Shown here: positions 36,701-51,500 of the stretch, in pieces | Layout of the letters: each line of letters opens with the position of its first letter | Numbering within the stretch: position 1 is the first letter of the stretch | Source: Owenia fusiformis | Lineage: Eukaryota | DNA: 64,000 bases | Assembly: GCA_903813345.2 (NCBI GenBank) | Contig: CAIIXF020000001.1 | Location: 6,386,001-6,450,000, forward strand | Reading direction: 5' to 3' | Translations under genes and position numbers: made by a program | Notes under the pieces: generated by a model | Database searches by the model: none | What the model saw: only the letters and a program-made list of their open reading frames with translations | What the model was told of the DNA's origin: nothing

Positions 36701-39533
36701 ATTAACAATCTATGATGTTGAAAACAGCTTCATTAAATACATGTTTCATCATTATAAAGCTCTTAGTAAAAATGTAGATGTTTTAATGGGGTGTGGGGGT
36801 TGAATTAACAAAATACAACATGGAATATCTGAAGACCATTTAGGAATGTATATAAGCAACTGTTTTTATCCAAATATCTTAGCTAGATTTCAAAATTTTT
36901 GCTTTATGCCGAGTCAAATGCAAGATAATAGAATTTGGTATCTATTATATTACTGATTTTGTTCCATTTTCATTGCAAGAAAACTGCAAAGTTTTCAGAT
37001 TCCTTTCGATTGGTAGAATAAATCCCCAATGTGTTATATTAAGACAACCAACCCTGTGATACCAACCAAAACCAAAATGTCGTAAAAGCCAAAACAATGA
37101 TCCTCGCAGCAGTGGCCAGAAATTCTTCCTTGTTTTCATCTAATTTTTCCCGTTCACTAATCAGATAATTCAATTAAAAACGTGTGATATTATTTCATGA
37201 TATTTATTTGTGTAGATAGATATTACTATATAAAATGTACAATCTATTAGTAAAACATATACAGTCATTCCCCACATGAGTGAAGCTATTTAATACTATC
37301 TGACATCCGTACAATATAGTGTTGTAAATACTCTAAAACTATCCAATAAATGTGTATTGAACTTAAAATTATATTGTAACATTTGTTTTTTGATTCATTA
37401 TTGTGCACTTTAAAATGAGATTTTGCCACTTGTATATGTATTTGAACTTTATCTATTTCCATGACAACATGTAGGTAAGAAATCACGAAAGCCAAAATTC
37501 ATTGGCTCACGTGCCATTTTTGTATTATCAAAAATGTTCAATCCTTCGATGTACAACTTTTAAAAATGAATTACAATATTTCTATGAAGTCACATATAGG
37601 ACAAATACAAGTATTATTAAAATAAAATGCACTAACATTAAGTTGTATGTACATATACAGCTAATAACCACAGTATTAAATATGAACATTGATACAACAA
37701 TACACAATTATCTTGCGCCACCAAGTCCATTTGTAATCCACCCTTCCCTTAACCCATAGATGCCAAAAGTTAGTAAAAGGAAGAGGGAGGGGGTCAGAAT
37801 TTGTAATGCAAGCCATTTGATGGTGGTTTCAAATCACTTGCTTTTCAAAATTTTCAAATATTTGTAGTTTATCCTCTTAAAATACATGAACATGGTGAAT
37901 ACATAATACAATGCACATTGATGTGTTTTATGAAAATTGCCTTTAATAAAATCTGAGAATATTGCATTTCACAATCGGAGTAAGGCAGTATTGTATCACA
38001 ATTCATAGTTTTGATTCATGTATTTTTGTATTGCTGGGAAAATCAAAATCAAATTGTATATATTACATAAGGTAGCAATCAAATGCATATACAAGCATTG
38101 TTCACATTTACATTACTACTAAAAACAGTAGAATCTAGGTACATGTACCCATTTAGTGTTATAGTTGTATTAATGAGACATGTGTTTTTATTAGGGTAAC
38201 AGTATCCTGTTTCAATTCTATCCGATCCACTATAGAGAAATCTATGAAAAAAATGCAAGTGAACATATAAGTGCAAATTACTCATAACAAAGACATTATG
38301 ACAAGACAGATAGTCAATCCTGAAGGAAAACATCGTATACATAGAAAAAATCATGCTTTGTATACAAAACAATGTCTTTAAAAACACGAAGAGGTAAAAC
38401 ATTGTAATCAATAATAAATCTAACATACATGTATGTATAAGTCATGTCATCTTCCCAAAAAAAAGAAAAAATATGGGATTTATTTATAATGTATACAACC
38501 ATACCATGTAAAATGGTGCAATAATATTTCCTTGACTTGAACATAATTTACAGTTGCTCTACATGGGGCTCTCAATAATTTTTTTCAACTCCATCATATA
38601 TATTTTTGCCCCATTAGATGCCTCTTTGATAAATCAGGTATATAAATGATCTCAGGCTAGGAGGTACGATGTCTGGAATTGTGTAACAACTCTGTGGCCG
38701 TGTAGATTCATCTCTATGATAAGTGTAAAACATTTAAGAACTCCAGATCATTTACTGCAGACAATAAATGAATTGGAGTTATTTCATGTTCAAAGGAGGT
38801 CTTCCACAAAAACATGAAAAATATATTTAGACATGTAATTACCCATTTTTGAGGACACCTTTTTTTACCCAGGACACCTTTCATTATTAGAGTAGTATTG
38901 TTAGAAATAGCACCATATAAAAGTCACTAACGCAGACCTCATGAATTAATATTTACTCTGAATTTTAATTAGCTAGCTACCTTAAGAACAAAAGTTCTGT
39001 ACTCTTTATGCACACACTAAAATATATGGTGTAAACTATTTGTCAGAATCAAGTGAACTCCTCAAAACCATGCCCTGAATTTGTTAAATGTTATAAATCA
39101 GTAAAATTCCCACAACATGACTGATCCCTTTTTCACCAATAGTTTTATCATTCAAGATCAATTTCAACACTCTCTGGTAAAATCCTGAGGAAAGCCACTG
39201 ATAAGCAAGATATCGGTCTGAAATTTTCTGCGTAGCTCTAAGCCAATCAGATCTTCTAATCCCAAAAATCCAAGATTGATATAGTCTTCAGAAATCGCAC
39301 TCAGTTCCAGGCTAGTATATTTGTGCGCATGCAGTATGTTCTTCATGAGCTTTGGTTTTCAAAAGCTTTTCTGAGTTTCAGAAGTCACTATAGAAATATT
39401 AATATGTACAGTTCTGAATTATTCTACCAGTTCAACTCCTTAATCCACGATTCTACCAATATTTCTCCATATTGTCCTAGTTATGGGGAGGTAAGTCACA
39501 ACACACTTTTACTGAGTGCCGAAATTCCTTGGC

Positions 39534-42500
39534 CTATTTGTCCCCATGGTCTGTTTTTGATGTGGCATTCTCATTGAATGACAGCCTTTTGGACTCAATC
39601 TGGAAATACAAATACACTGAATGTATCTTAAACAGAACAATTTAAAAAGTCAGTTGATTATGTTTCATGGCTCCAAACATTATGCAAACAATTTTTTAGA
39701 ATAATTCCTGAAATAATTAATTTGCTTATTTAAATTATCAGAACTTATCTCAGTCACTGACACCAACTCAAACAGATGAAAATGAAATGAACTCTTAAAA
39801 ACAATTGATACAAGTAAATGATATGTTAAAAATGATTGGCATTTAAATGTGCTACAAGCATAAACATGTGCGGAAACAACACAACGCAACAAGGCATTAA
39901 TATGCAAAATGTCACCATCTGTAATATGTTATAGACACCAACCAGCTAACACCATCCACAAAAAATGGTGGTGACATAAAATGATAGAGGACAAATCAAA
40001 CATGTGCCACAGCAGTTTGTAATTTTTGATCCATACAACACAATGAAACACATAGTGGAAATCAAGACATGTGGAAGTTAGAAGCAAAATGTTCACAGGG
40101 GTTTTGTTGTTAGATTAAATCCTCATTTCAAATATGTGTAAAACTAAGAAAACTTCCACTGCAGAAAAATATCACTCCGCGTAGACTTACGCTACCACTT
40201 GGATAACTTCATTCAACATCTCATGCAGTTTCTGCCCATATGGATCCACCTGTATTAATTGACCATCAGATCCCTAGTCTATATTCAAAACATCATCAAA
40301 ATGTTCAACGTAGCTTTAGAGAAACATTTTGCTTGGTATCTCTTTTATTAAATTAGTATTTTTCAGTTGCATAAGTGAACAGTTCTTCACGATCCTTATG
40401 AAGTTTGGTAGCTTTAAAATGTACATTTGTATTGCACATTGTCAACATCTGTTAGTAGACTACAGGCATTCTAGAAGCCCCATACATCACTTCAAGTCAA
40501 ACAACCTTGTTATTGGTCAACACTGGCCTGTCCTCTAGACATTTGACTATTGTATAACTGTTTTATGTAGTTGAGAATGGTTCAGAGTTTGCCCTTGGTC
40601 TAGCAGACTGTATGGGTGTTAGAAGTCTCCTCGATTTTTTAGTAAAATTGTCCTGAGATGAGCCAGCCCTTAAGCCAGCACACCAAATAGGTTTCTCATC
40701 AATTATCTTCACGTCACCTCCCCTGGGTGTATGGGAAGTATTGTCCAATGATCCAACTTTAGAAAGTTTCTTCCACTTTGTGATTTTATTATATATAGGT
40801 GCAAATCCTCCCTGTGGTTTATGTGAAATATTTTCTAATGAACCAACTTTTGACCAAGCGTTCCATTCAAGTTTCTCATTGGGAATTACAACATCGCCAC
40901 CTTTAGATATATGATAGATATTCTCCATTGAGCCAACTTTAGATTTAGCCTGCCAATTTAAAGGAACTGTCTCAATCTTTTTATCTCCACCAAATGGTAC
41001 ATGGTCAATATTATCCAAAGAGCCAACCTTTGATGTAGCATTCAACTTAAGGGGACTATCTTCAATTATCTTATCCCCACCGCCTGGAATATGCTTCACA
41101 TTGTCCAAAGAACCAACTTTTGGCAGAGCTTTCCACATGAGTTTAAGTTTCTGAATTGCCACATGCCCACCACCTGGGGCATGTACTAGGTTTTCTAGAG
41201 ATCCAATTTTTGAAGATGTACTCCATTTCAAAGGAACTGAAAATATCTGAAGAAAAAGCAGAATAAGACAGAAAAGAATGCATGCATGCAGTTGCTATAT
41301 AAGGTATATCCAGTTGATTTGTGAAGTAAAAAAGTTGGAAAATAAAAATGTTGAATGGCAGTCTTGTTTTCCTGTGGTGAATGAATACAATCATGTATAC
41401 AATGTAGTTTATATGTAGATGCACTCGGGGAGAAGCACATGCTATCTAGGTATCTAATAAGTGTCTACTACAACAAAAAGACTAAGCATTATGGAAGCAC
41501 AAAACTAGCAGGTTATTTCTGTATCATGTCTATCTATTATCTACATGCCAACCAAGGTTCAATCAAAGTATATCATCCTTTAAACACGGGAGAAGGATTC
41601 AGTGTATAGTACATCCCTTTGTTTGAAAGATGAAATAATTTGATTCAATGATTCCACATTACATCAATCCCTATCAATCCCTATTCCCCCACTTTGCAGT
41701 TTATAGCACAAACCATATGCCACATCATTTTATAATGAACATACACCGCTATACTATATGACTATGTAGCCATGTGTAAATTACCTTTTTATCACCACCC
41801 TTGGGTGTATGTGAGGCATTGTCTAAGGAACCAACTTTGGACTCTGCCTTCCAGTTTAGCTTCTGTGATTCAATCTGTAGGAGCACAATATAAATTAAAT
41901 TAAGAAACAATAGTATTACATGCACAATTAGAACAATAAAATAAATGTGCGCTATCATTACTGGAGATACATTCATTGTTCTATGATGATTAAAGAAAGA
42001 AATGAGGAATCGTTGATAGTATTTTTGACCCTTTTCCTCTTTATGCTAACCTTTCTTGATTTCAAATTTCGAATTGCCAGGCCTTATTTTGCATGCTATA
42101 TTCCAACGACTCTGTGTTTTAAGAATTCTTTTATGAACTCTTCAATGTGAACAGCTAAAGCCAAACTCCATTCGTCTCAACCAATATTGTGCATCAATTT
42201 ACCTTTTTATCACCCCCTCCAGGCGTGTGGTCAGTTTTAGAGCCCACCTTTGACTGTGCCTTGTCTTTAAAATCCAATTTTTGTGTTTCAATCTAAAAGT
42301 ACACAAATAACAAGATCAGCACTGTTGTATTGGTACATGTAAATGCTTTAATAAACATGTATTTACGTGAGAATGATTTGATGAAAAAGAAGAGATTATT
42401 TTATGATTTGTGTAAGAAACAATGATGTGCTTAATATTTCTATTAACTGATATGTGCATTTGGTTATCATTAACATTATACAATACTTGATAATGTAAAA

Positions 42501-45500
42501 TACAAAACTGAGATTTTCATTGTTACAGGTGAAAACTAGATTTGTACGAGGGGTGATCAAAAAGTTCTGGAGTCAGTCAATCAAACCTCAAAATGTTACA
42601 GCCACAGTATTCATTTGTAAAAATCTTATTGCTTTTGGTTTGACTGACCCACTAGTCTGCCTTTTCACCTTAAATGATGCATTACTGTGTTATCAGAAAA
42701 TGATCACTAATTTTGTTATAAAAGGTTTTAAAAGTTGGTCAAAAGTATGTATAACTTGTTAAGGAGAATAAGTTCACTTAGTCAAAACATGCTAGGTTAA
42801 TCAAAACAATTGTTAATATTATGTTGAATAAATTTTGATTTCAAAAACGTGAAATAATACATCGCAATCTCAATCAGGAATAGGTCAACACTACAACCTT
42901 TGATGTGTCGAAAAATTAAGCAAATATAGCTTGAGAAAATATCTGTGCAGAGAGCTTACTTAATTTGTGCATTGTGTATTATAAAGCATACTCTCTTCAT
43001 TGTGAACAATAAATGGAAATTACTGTGCACATCAAACATTTTAAAAGTAACATTTTTCTCATTTGCTTTATATGTTGGTAGAGGAGAACAGATTAATATT
43101 TATCTTTTCAAAGTGGTTCCCATCTATTCATATACAGCAATTGAAAAATTGGGAGTATTATGTGCTTTAATTCACTATTCGCTACAACATTCAGAACCTT
43201 AGAATATCTACAATCAAATAAACAACATAGAATTATACAGTGAATAAATTCCATATTCATCCCTAAAATCAAAAAATAAAGGAAATAAAGGAGACACATT
43301 TCTACAATAAATGGTGTTAGAGGAAGTGAAAATATGAAAATTTGAATATTATTAGTATGTCAGTGCTACCCACACAATAAACATGGTTATGTGTATTATG
43401 TGAAATTTACACAAGGTACATCACCGAAAAGTGTGTCATTTACTTTAACATCCCCACCACCTGGCGTATGGTGTGCGTTATCCAATGAGCCAATCCTGGA
43501 TGAGGCACCCTCTCGGAAACCAAGTCTCTCATTTAGTATTATAATATTACCGCCACTTGGTGAATGGTCCACATTGTCAAGGGAGCCAATCTTTGACTCA
43601 GTTCGCCATTCCAGTTTCTGACTAACTATCTAGCAAGCAAACCATGGTGCAACGCAATATTAGGCTAAACTAACTAAATGTCACGTTTAGCAGTGTTTGG
43701 ATTTGTGAAAGGTGAGGAAGTGGGGCTATTAATCATGGGTAATAAAATGTCTTTCTCAAATACCGTATTCACTGTTATTACCGCCCACTCTCTAATAAGC
43801 GCCCACCCCGCTTCACAAAGTTCAAGAAACATCGAGGAATCAACAAGAATTGAAGAATATATCAGGAAAAAAATATTTCTCAAAATCCAGGAGCGGGCGG
43901 TAATAGAGTACTTACCCTAAAACTGCTGTAAACACGACGCGTTTTGTAATTCTATGCATCCTCTCGATACATATCTATCGATGGGTGCTTCCCACACCAT
44001 ACCATGCTAATATTGTCTCCAAATAGTCCATAATGAATGAAGGAATTGTTCTTTATCGGCATTCAGAAATTTCAAAAGCTACTGCGCAGATGTTCTGCGC
44101 ATGTCAAGGTCGTGAACTTTCTGGTTTCTTTTTACTGTTTCTCGACTTTTACACGACTTTTGCACGAATAATGATGATCTCTCATCAAATTAGAAATAAT
44201 GTATAACTTTAGATCGATATCCAGCAGTCTCTAGTGGAAATATTGAAGGTAATCGGCGATAATGACAAAGTGGGCGTGCCGGAAATAAATTAGACATAGA
44301 CGGGTCTTCAACCACTGTCAATATTGTCTAAGCGATCTTTACCGTATTCTCTCCAATAACAGCACTTGTCATATTATTATAAAAATATGTTGAAGAAAAT
44401 GCATTCTTGTCAAGAAAAATTGCCATACATGAAATTCCTCGGGATTTCTGATTTCTTTCATACATGGGCGCTTATTAGAATGGTCTAAATAATGTATTTT
44501 CAATTTTCTAAACGCCCTGGGCGCTAATTACAGAGAATACGGTAGATAGAATATGTTTGATTCTTGGTCTGTTTTCAATAAATGCTGCAAGGACCTCATT
44601 TTTTGAAGAGGAAAGGAACAGCAATGTGGAAAACATTTGAATTATTTAATCTTGCCTTAATAAAGTGTAAAAGTCAAATGTGTGTTTCTCAAATGTAAGC
44701 TCAAAAATGTGAAATTATAAATAAATGAACAGTATTCTTTGAAACGATTTTGTATAAAAATTAAACTTGAAATGGACCTTAAAGGAAATAAATATTTTGG
44801 TCAGTGTATGTTCAAAGTGAGAACAACGAGTGCAGGTTACGTGCAGACATTTATTCCAGTGAAGTGAAGAAGCTAAATCATGACAGGGGATGAATGTGTT
44901 TTGATGGGTCAGTGAAATACAGGTATTGTATACAACTGCTACATAACTAGACAACAAAACAACTAAAAAATTATAGGTATATGCAGTAAATCTGTCAAGT
45001 GGAACACCTCTTAATTGCAGGTTTAAGTCCTGCTCCCATCAATCATGTAAACACGAACCTGTGTAAGTGGAACACCTACTAAGTGGAAAATTATTTTGAG
45101 GTACAAAAGGTATTCCACTCATACACAGATCCTACTGCACTATAAATTAAAACAAAAGGGTAAAACTAAAAACATATAAAAGTAAAAATGAAATAGTCTG
45201 ATACAGAAATCATGTGTAAATGGACATCAATGATGGTGTGGGAACAAATGACAAATACATGTACACAAGCGGCTTGATTGTGCGAAAAGCTGACAATATA
45301 AAATCTTACCTATCTTACTAATTAAAGTACATGTAGTGTAATCTCTATTCTCACTATGCCTTAATTCTTGACTACATATTATTGTATACAATTATACCTT
45401 CAAATCCCCTTTCATACAGTTAACACATTCTAAGCCAATCAAACTGAGACAATGAACAAAAATAATACCCAGTTTTACCTTCTTTTCACCACCACCTGGT

Positions 45501-48500
45501 TTATGTTTTGCATTTTCTAAACTGCCGACTTTGGAATTGACGGACCACTCAAGTTTCTCAGTTATGATCTAAAGTGATCAGTGTAAAAAGCAAGTTAATT
45601 AGTTTCTTGATTTTCTCTTATTACGAGATATTGTTGAAATAAGCTGCAATATTTCTGTATAAGCTTTCAATATTCATATGCCTAGTTCTTCATGATTTTT
45701 TGAAATATTTATATTTGAATTATTGGCTTGAGGGTTCAAACAGAAAAGCTTTTAAAAATAAAAAATAAAAATTCTGGTTGGTATTGTTCATAGTAATTAC
45801 ATATTCATTATTTAATAAACAGAAAAGCATTTCAAAAATTTATCCTTCTCTAGCACAGAATATTTTTTGTAGACTTTATTTTTTGAGAATTGATGGTTAA
45901 TGTGCTTATAAAATGTTACCTCTCATACTCTCATGATTTCAAAGATGTTTCAACATACAGAAAATCAACATACATCTATACATTCACTCATATGTTCTGC
46001 TACTAATCTGATTATTTGGACACAAAAATAAGGATTACCTTTTTCTCTCCCCCACCAGGTTTATGGTTTGAGTTATCTAAACTGCCCACTTTCGATTCAA
46101 CCTTCCAGTCGAGTTTCTTAGTTGTGATCTATTAGATCATGGAAAAGGAACCAAAATACGTCGGTTAGACTTAAGTAACTGTTGTGACTTGTAAAATGTT
46201 ATTCAAACTTTGTAGAATTAATATCCACAATTAAGAAAACTGACATATGTGCCTATTTATTTTCCTTCATAGAAAAATAGTCAACTTATCACATTCAACA
46301 TAGAAAGGTAATATTGAGGTATGAATCAATTCTACACCTTTCATTCTGTCAGACAAAAATCTTTGACAATCATCCATTAGAAGATAATTTATCATAGATT
46401 AATTTCACATTTTTTCATCCATTCATAGATGCTTACAGATTGGATAAATAAAAATAACTAAAATAATTATAAAATATTACCATCACTTCATTACCTTTTT
46501 TTCTCCACCTCCTGCTTTATGTTTGGCATTATCTAAGCTGCCGACTCGCGACTCAACTTTCCAATCGAGTTTTCGACTCTCAATCTGGATGATTGAAAAA
46601 GAAACCAAGAAACCTTGAAATTAGAGTTTTTTAACCTAAATATGGAAGATTAAAAAATAAATTGGAATACTTCTAAAGAATTGTAATATTTTTCCTGATG
46701 ATCTCCTATTGATTAGGAAATAAGTAGCTGTACATCACATACAAATGTAGTGTTTTCATCAATTTAGGTCCATGATGATGTAAACAATGTAGAACTGAAC
46801 TAAATTCTGACAATTGTGGGCCCATGTGCTCAAAATAGTAAAGTGACTCTTATCAAATGGACAAGAAGGGACAGAGATGAGGTGAGACTAAGTTTCGAAA
46901 AAATAGTCACATTTTTACAATATTTTTTCACTCATCATTCAATATGCCTATTTTTGAATAAAAATGTTATCTGGATCTGGGGACATCCCCTTTTTTAATA
47001 TTCATGAATTTGGACATTTCCGCATCTTAAATCTTCAATAACTTCTATTGTCAATTTTTCATAAAAATGGGAAAGGGAAACATTGATTGCAAGATTAACT
47101 GCTTCAAACATTCTCGTCATCTATCCCTTCTAAATCCTTTTTGCCCAATAAAGGTGGTACCACATCTATAAATATATAATATATTTATTGATATCTGTGA
47201 TCTAAAAATACTGCCTTTTAAGATGAAGTCTTTATTTCATTAAAAATATTTGAATGAAAATATGTTCAAATTAGATGAAAAGATTTACCTTTTTATCTCC
47301 ACCCCCTGCTTTATGATTTGTTTTAGATCCAACTTTGGATTCAGCTTTCCAGTTAAGTTTCTGGGATTCAATCTAGAATAAATATAGAAGACAGTATTTG
47401 AAACACTTTTGTAACCATGGTTCCTGCCATAGTAAAGGAATGTCAAAACTTGACAAAATATTCATGTCCCAGTATCTTAAACTGGGGGAGGGTGGCTATT
47501 TGCTAATGCCTCTTCTCTATAGTGTACATATTGGTTAATAATAAATCCATGTGAAGTGAATATATCCCATATTTTCACAATACGATATACATGATTTCAA
47601 CATGTCACAACATCATATGCTAATGGCTCTCAGGCCCGTAAGACACTTTTCTCCAAGGGGAGTGCGGTTTTTAGCTTACTAAAGAGAATATAAAATTGTC
47701 ATTTTTTTGCCGCGTAAATCAAATCGCGTAAGACAGAGGGGGGGGGTCAGTTACTCCCTATATTGGTTTGGAATTAACAAATGCAACTTCCAAACGTTCC
47801 AATTGTTTTGTGGGGGGTGTGAAGTGGTCCACTCCCTATAGAAAATTTTAGTTTTGAGATGCTATTTTGTGCTTTCTGGGCACTTTCAAAGTGTAAGTTT
47901 CTAAGTAGTACGCCACCACCACGGGAATAAGAGTTGAGTGAATAAAAAACCGAGCATTCAGGGGGGTCTGGTGGTTCTCCCCCAGGAAAATTGTGAAATT
48001 TGGTTGTATTTGGAGCGAATTTGCAACCATCTGGTACGCCTGTGCGTTATGAGTCAATACGAAAAATGTGAATATTTTCAAATTCTTTTGGGGGTGTCAA
48101 AGGGGATGAGAGGGTGAAGTGGGGTGGGGTGCCAGTAGGGGAGCAAGGGGTTGTCCCCCAGAAACATTGACCATATCAAGGTGCTATTTGATGATGTCTG
48201 GGCACTTAAAAAATGTCTGAGACAATACATGAAATTCAGAATATTTTCTTTTGTTTTGTGGGGGATGTGAGGGGTGGCTAACTCTCCTAGAAAATTTTAC
48301 AATTTAAAGATGATATTTGGTGCTTCTGGGCACTTTTAAAGTGTATTAGTCAATAAAAACATTGAAAAACAATCACATTTTTTTTCAAATTTTGGGGGTG
48401 TCAAAGGGGGGGGGGAGGGGTGCCACAGGGGGAGGTGGGGCTGGGGTGCCAGAGGGGGAGCAAGTGTTTGTCCCCCATATCAAAATTTACAATATCAAGA

Positions 48501-51500
48501 TGCTATTCGATGAAGTTTGGGCACTTTAAAAGTGTCTGTGCCTAAAAGTGCCTATTTCCCAAGAAAATTTTACAATTTTAAGATGCTATTTGGTGCTTTC
48601 TAGGCACTTTCAAAGGGTATGGGTCAATAAAAAAATTTGAAAAATCTCAATTTCTTTTTTTTTGGGGGGGGGGTGTTAAGGGAGGGGGGCTGCCAGAGGG
48701 GGAGGTGGAGTGGGGATGCCAGAGGGCGAGTAAGTGTTAGTGTTCCAGAATCATTAACTTTATCAAGGAGCTATTTGATGATGTCTGGGCAATTTAAAAG
48801 TGTCTGACAAATTCAGAACTTTTCCATTGTTTTGTTTGGGGTGTGAGGGGTGGCCCACTCCCCCTAGAAAATTTTACAATTTTACGACGCTATTTGGTGC
48901 TTTCTGGGCACTTTCAAAGTGTATGAGTCAATTAAAGAATTTGAGAAAATCACAATTTTTTTTGGGGGGGATCAAGGGGGGCGCCAGAGGGGGGGGGGGG
49001 GGGTTATGCAAGTGCAAGATGCAAGAGGGGGAGTAAGTCCCCCAGAAACACTAACTATATCAAGGATATTTGATGATATCTGGGCACTTTAAAAGTGTCT
49101 GAGACAAAACTCTAAAATAAATTTAGAACTTTTCCATTGTTTTGTGGGGGGTGTGAGAAGTGGCCAATACCGCTAGAAAATTTTACAATTTTAAGATGCT
49201 ATTTGGTGCTTTCTGGGTACTTTCAAAGTGTATGAGTCAATGAAAAAATTACAAAAAAAATATTTTTCAAAATTTTTTTTTCAAATTTATTTTGGGGGGT
49301 GACAAAGGGGGGTGCGGTCGCACCCATCGCACCCCCCCCCCATCTGACGGCCCTGGCTCTGAACCATCATTAACAATACCGCCAAACATGGTCCACAAAA
49401 AGTGGTGTGGTGGTGACATATACGCATAAAATGCCATATATCCCATGAATAAAACATTTCTTATGATTCTCCTTATGCTGATGGTAATGTGTGATATGAA
49501 TTAGCTTTCAAGAGGGTATATGGGTACAATATATTACATACCTTCTTGTCTCCTCCACCTGCTTTGTGGTCAGTCTTTGAACCAATCTTTGACTCTGCTT
49601 TCCAGTTAAGCTTTTGGGTTTCAATCTATAATATGGAATATCAAGGCATTATCATGCAAAATGTCATCACCTGCTATTTGTTGCAGCCGCCGAATGCCAA
49701 CCACTTAATGCCAAACACCAACCACTTAACCCTGAATGCCAAACACCATCCACTGTTGCGGCTTGCATTGACTGAAATCTTATTGAATTGGTGGGCTTTC
49801 TATCTCAGTTTTAGTTCTGGATTTCAGCAAGTTGCTAATTCATTTGATAATTGCTTACTTATCAGAAAGTTGAGAATAGGTTCTACTGCTTTATAAAAAT
49901 ATGTTTGTTTTTAAATGAGTACTCCAATGATTCCCTCATTACAATAAATGTTCTTTAACATACCTTCTTGTCTCCCCCACCAGGTTTATGAGTTGTTTTT
50001 GATCCTACTTTTGATTCTACTTTCCAATTCAGTTTCTGGCTCTCAATCTGGAAAAAGAAATGTGAACAATATTACATCTCCCAATTGTATAAATATATAA
50101 ACATCATATAGTATTATTTTAACATTTGCAGTAATAATTTTGGATGTTCTCTTTCGGCAGAAATAAATAGTAACAGTGGACATGATGTTATCATAACCAA
50201 AACTGACATATTATGGCAAACACACATGTTATGATTAAATACCTTAATACAATATTAATTACTTAAAAACTGACATTTCCTGGCTTTTATAGGGTATCCC
50301 AAAAGTAAGTTGCAGTTATTAATAATACTGAAATTACGCTTTGGCCACCTTGAAATGATATAGGAAAGGTTTTATTAATGAAAAATTATTTTTAGAAAAA
50401 TGTTAGACATGTTTTGATTATACTCATGTGTAAGATTATAAAGGTCAAATATCAAAATGCCATTTTTACCCAAAAATAATTGAATTTGGAGGGAAATTTG
50501 TTAATCAAATCAAAATCAAATAATTTTAATGATGATGGCAATGATAATTTCTAATAACTGGTGATGTGACCCTTTCGGGGGAGGGGGTTTTAATACCTTC
50601 TTATCCCCTCCACCAGCTTTGTGGTTTGTAACAGAGCCAACTTTAGACTGGGCTTTGGATCCAAAGTCCAGTTTCTGACTCTGAATCTAGAAGTAAAGTG
50701 CAAGTGTTAACATGTTAAATATAAAAGTGTTAACATGTTAAATATAAAAATGTTAACATGTTAAATATAATTAAAAAACACATACAATTTGTAAATGTTA
50801 ACTATACAGTGTACATGTTAGAGGGTATAGAGATGTCAAGAAATTCAACTTGTTTAATTTCTGTTCATAAATCAAATTCCATTTGTGCTCCAAAAAGTTG
50901 GAACAAGAAGTATTGTATGCGTGTTAGCACTTACAACACTGCTTAGTACTTGATTATGTCCATCAATACAAATATAGTGCTTTGTGCATATGAAAAACTG
51001 GGAGGAGTGGTAAAGTGTGAGATTAAGTGATCTTTATTATACGGTGCAGTATTATGATCATCATCATCTTCATCGATGAAACCCTATGGAGTGAATACAG
51101 TATTAGACGTATATTGATTAGCTTTGTCTATTATGTAGTCTCATTTGGTAAAACAAATAAATGTTAGATCAACAACATTGACAATCCAGTCAATGATTGT
51201 TATATTCTGGTATCTTTTTTAAAAGAATAAAGAAAAGAACATGACATAGAAGACAAAAAGCAGCAACAGACATTCTACAAGAGCTGCATACAAGCATTGA
51301 TTACCCAATGTCATCTTAGACTTTCGTGGCCTCGTTGGATCAATATACAAACCTTAAATCCCCCACCTCCAGGGGAATGTGTCATGTTGTCTCTTGATCC
51401 TATCTTAGATTGAGCATCCCAGCTGAGTCTCTTTGATTCTATCTACACAAATAGTGAAACAAAAGCAAACAAAAATAAATCACAAAACCTGTAAGCAATA

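Noticed and set aside
42546-42570. Mariner-type TIR start (ta|cgaggggtgatcaaaaagtt)
   Set aside because: No matching partner end found nearby; too fragmentary to delimit.
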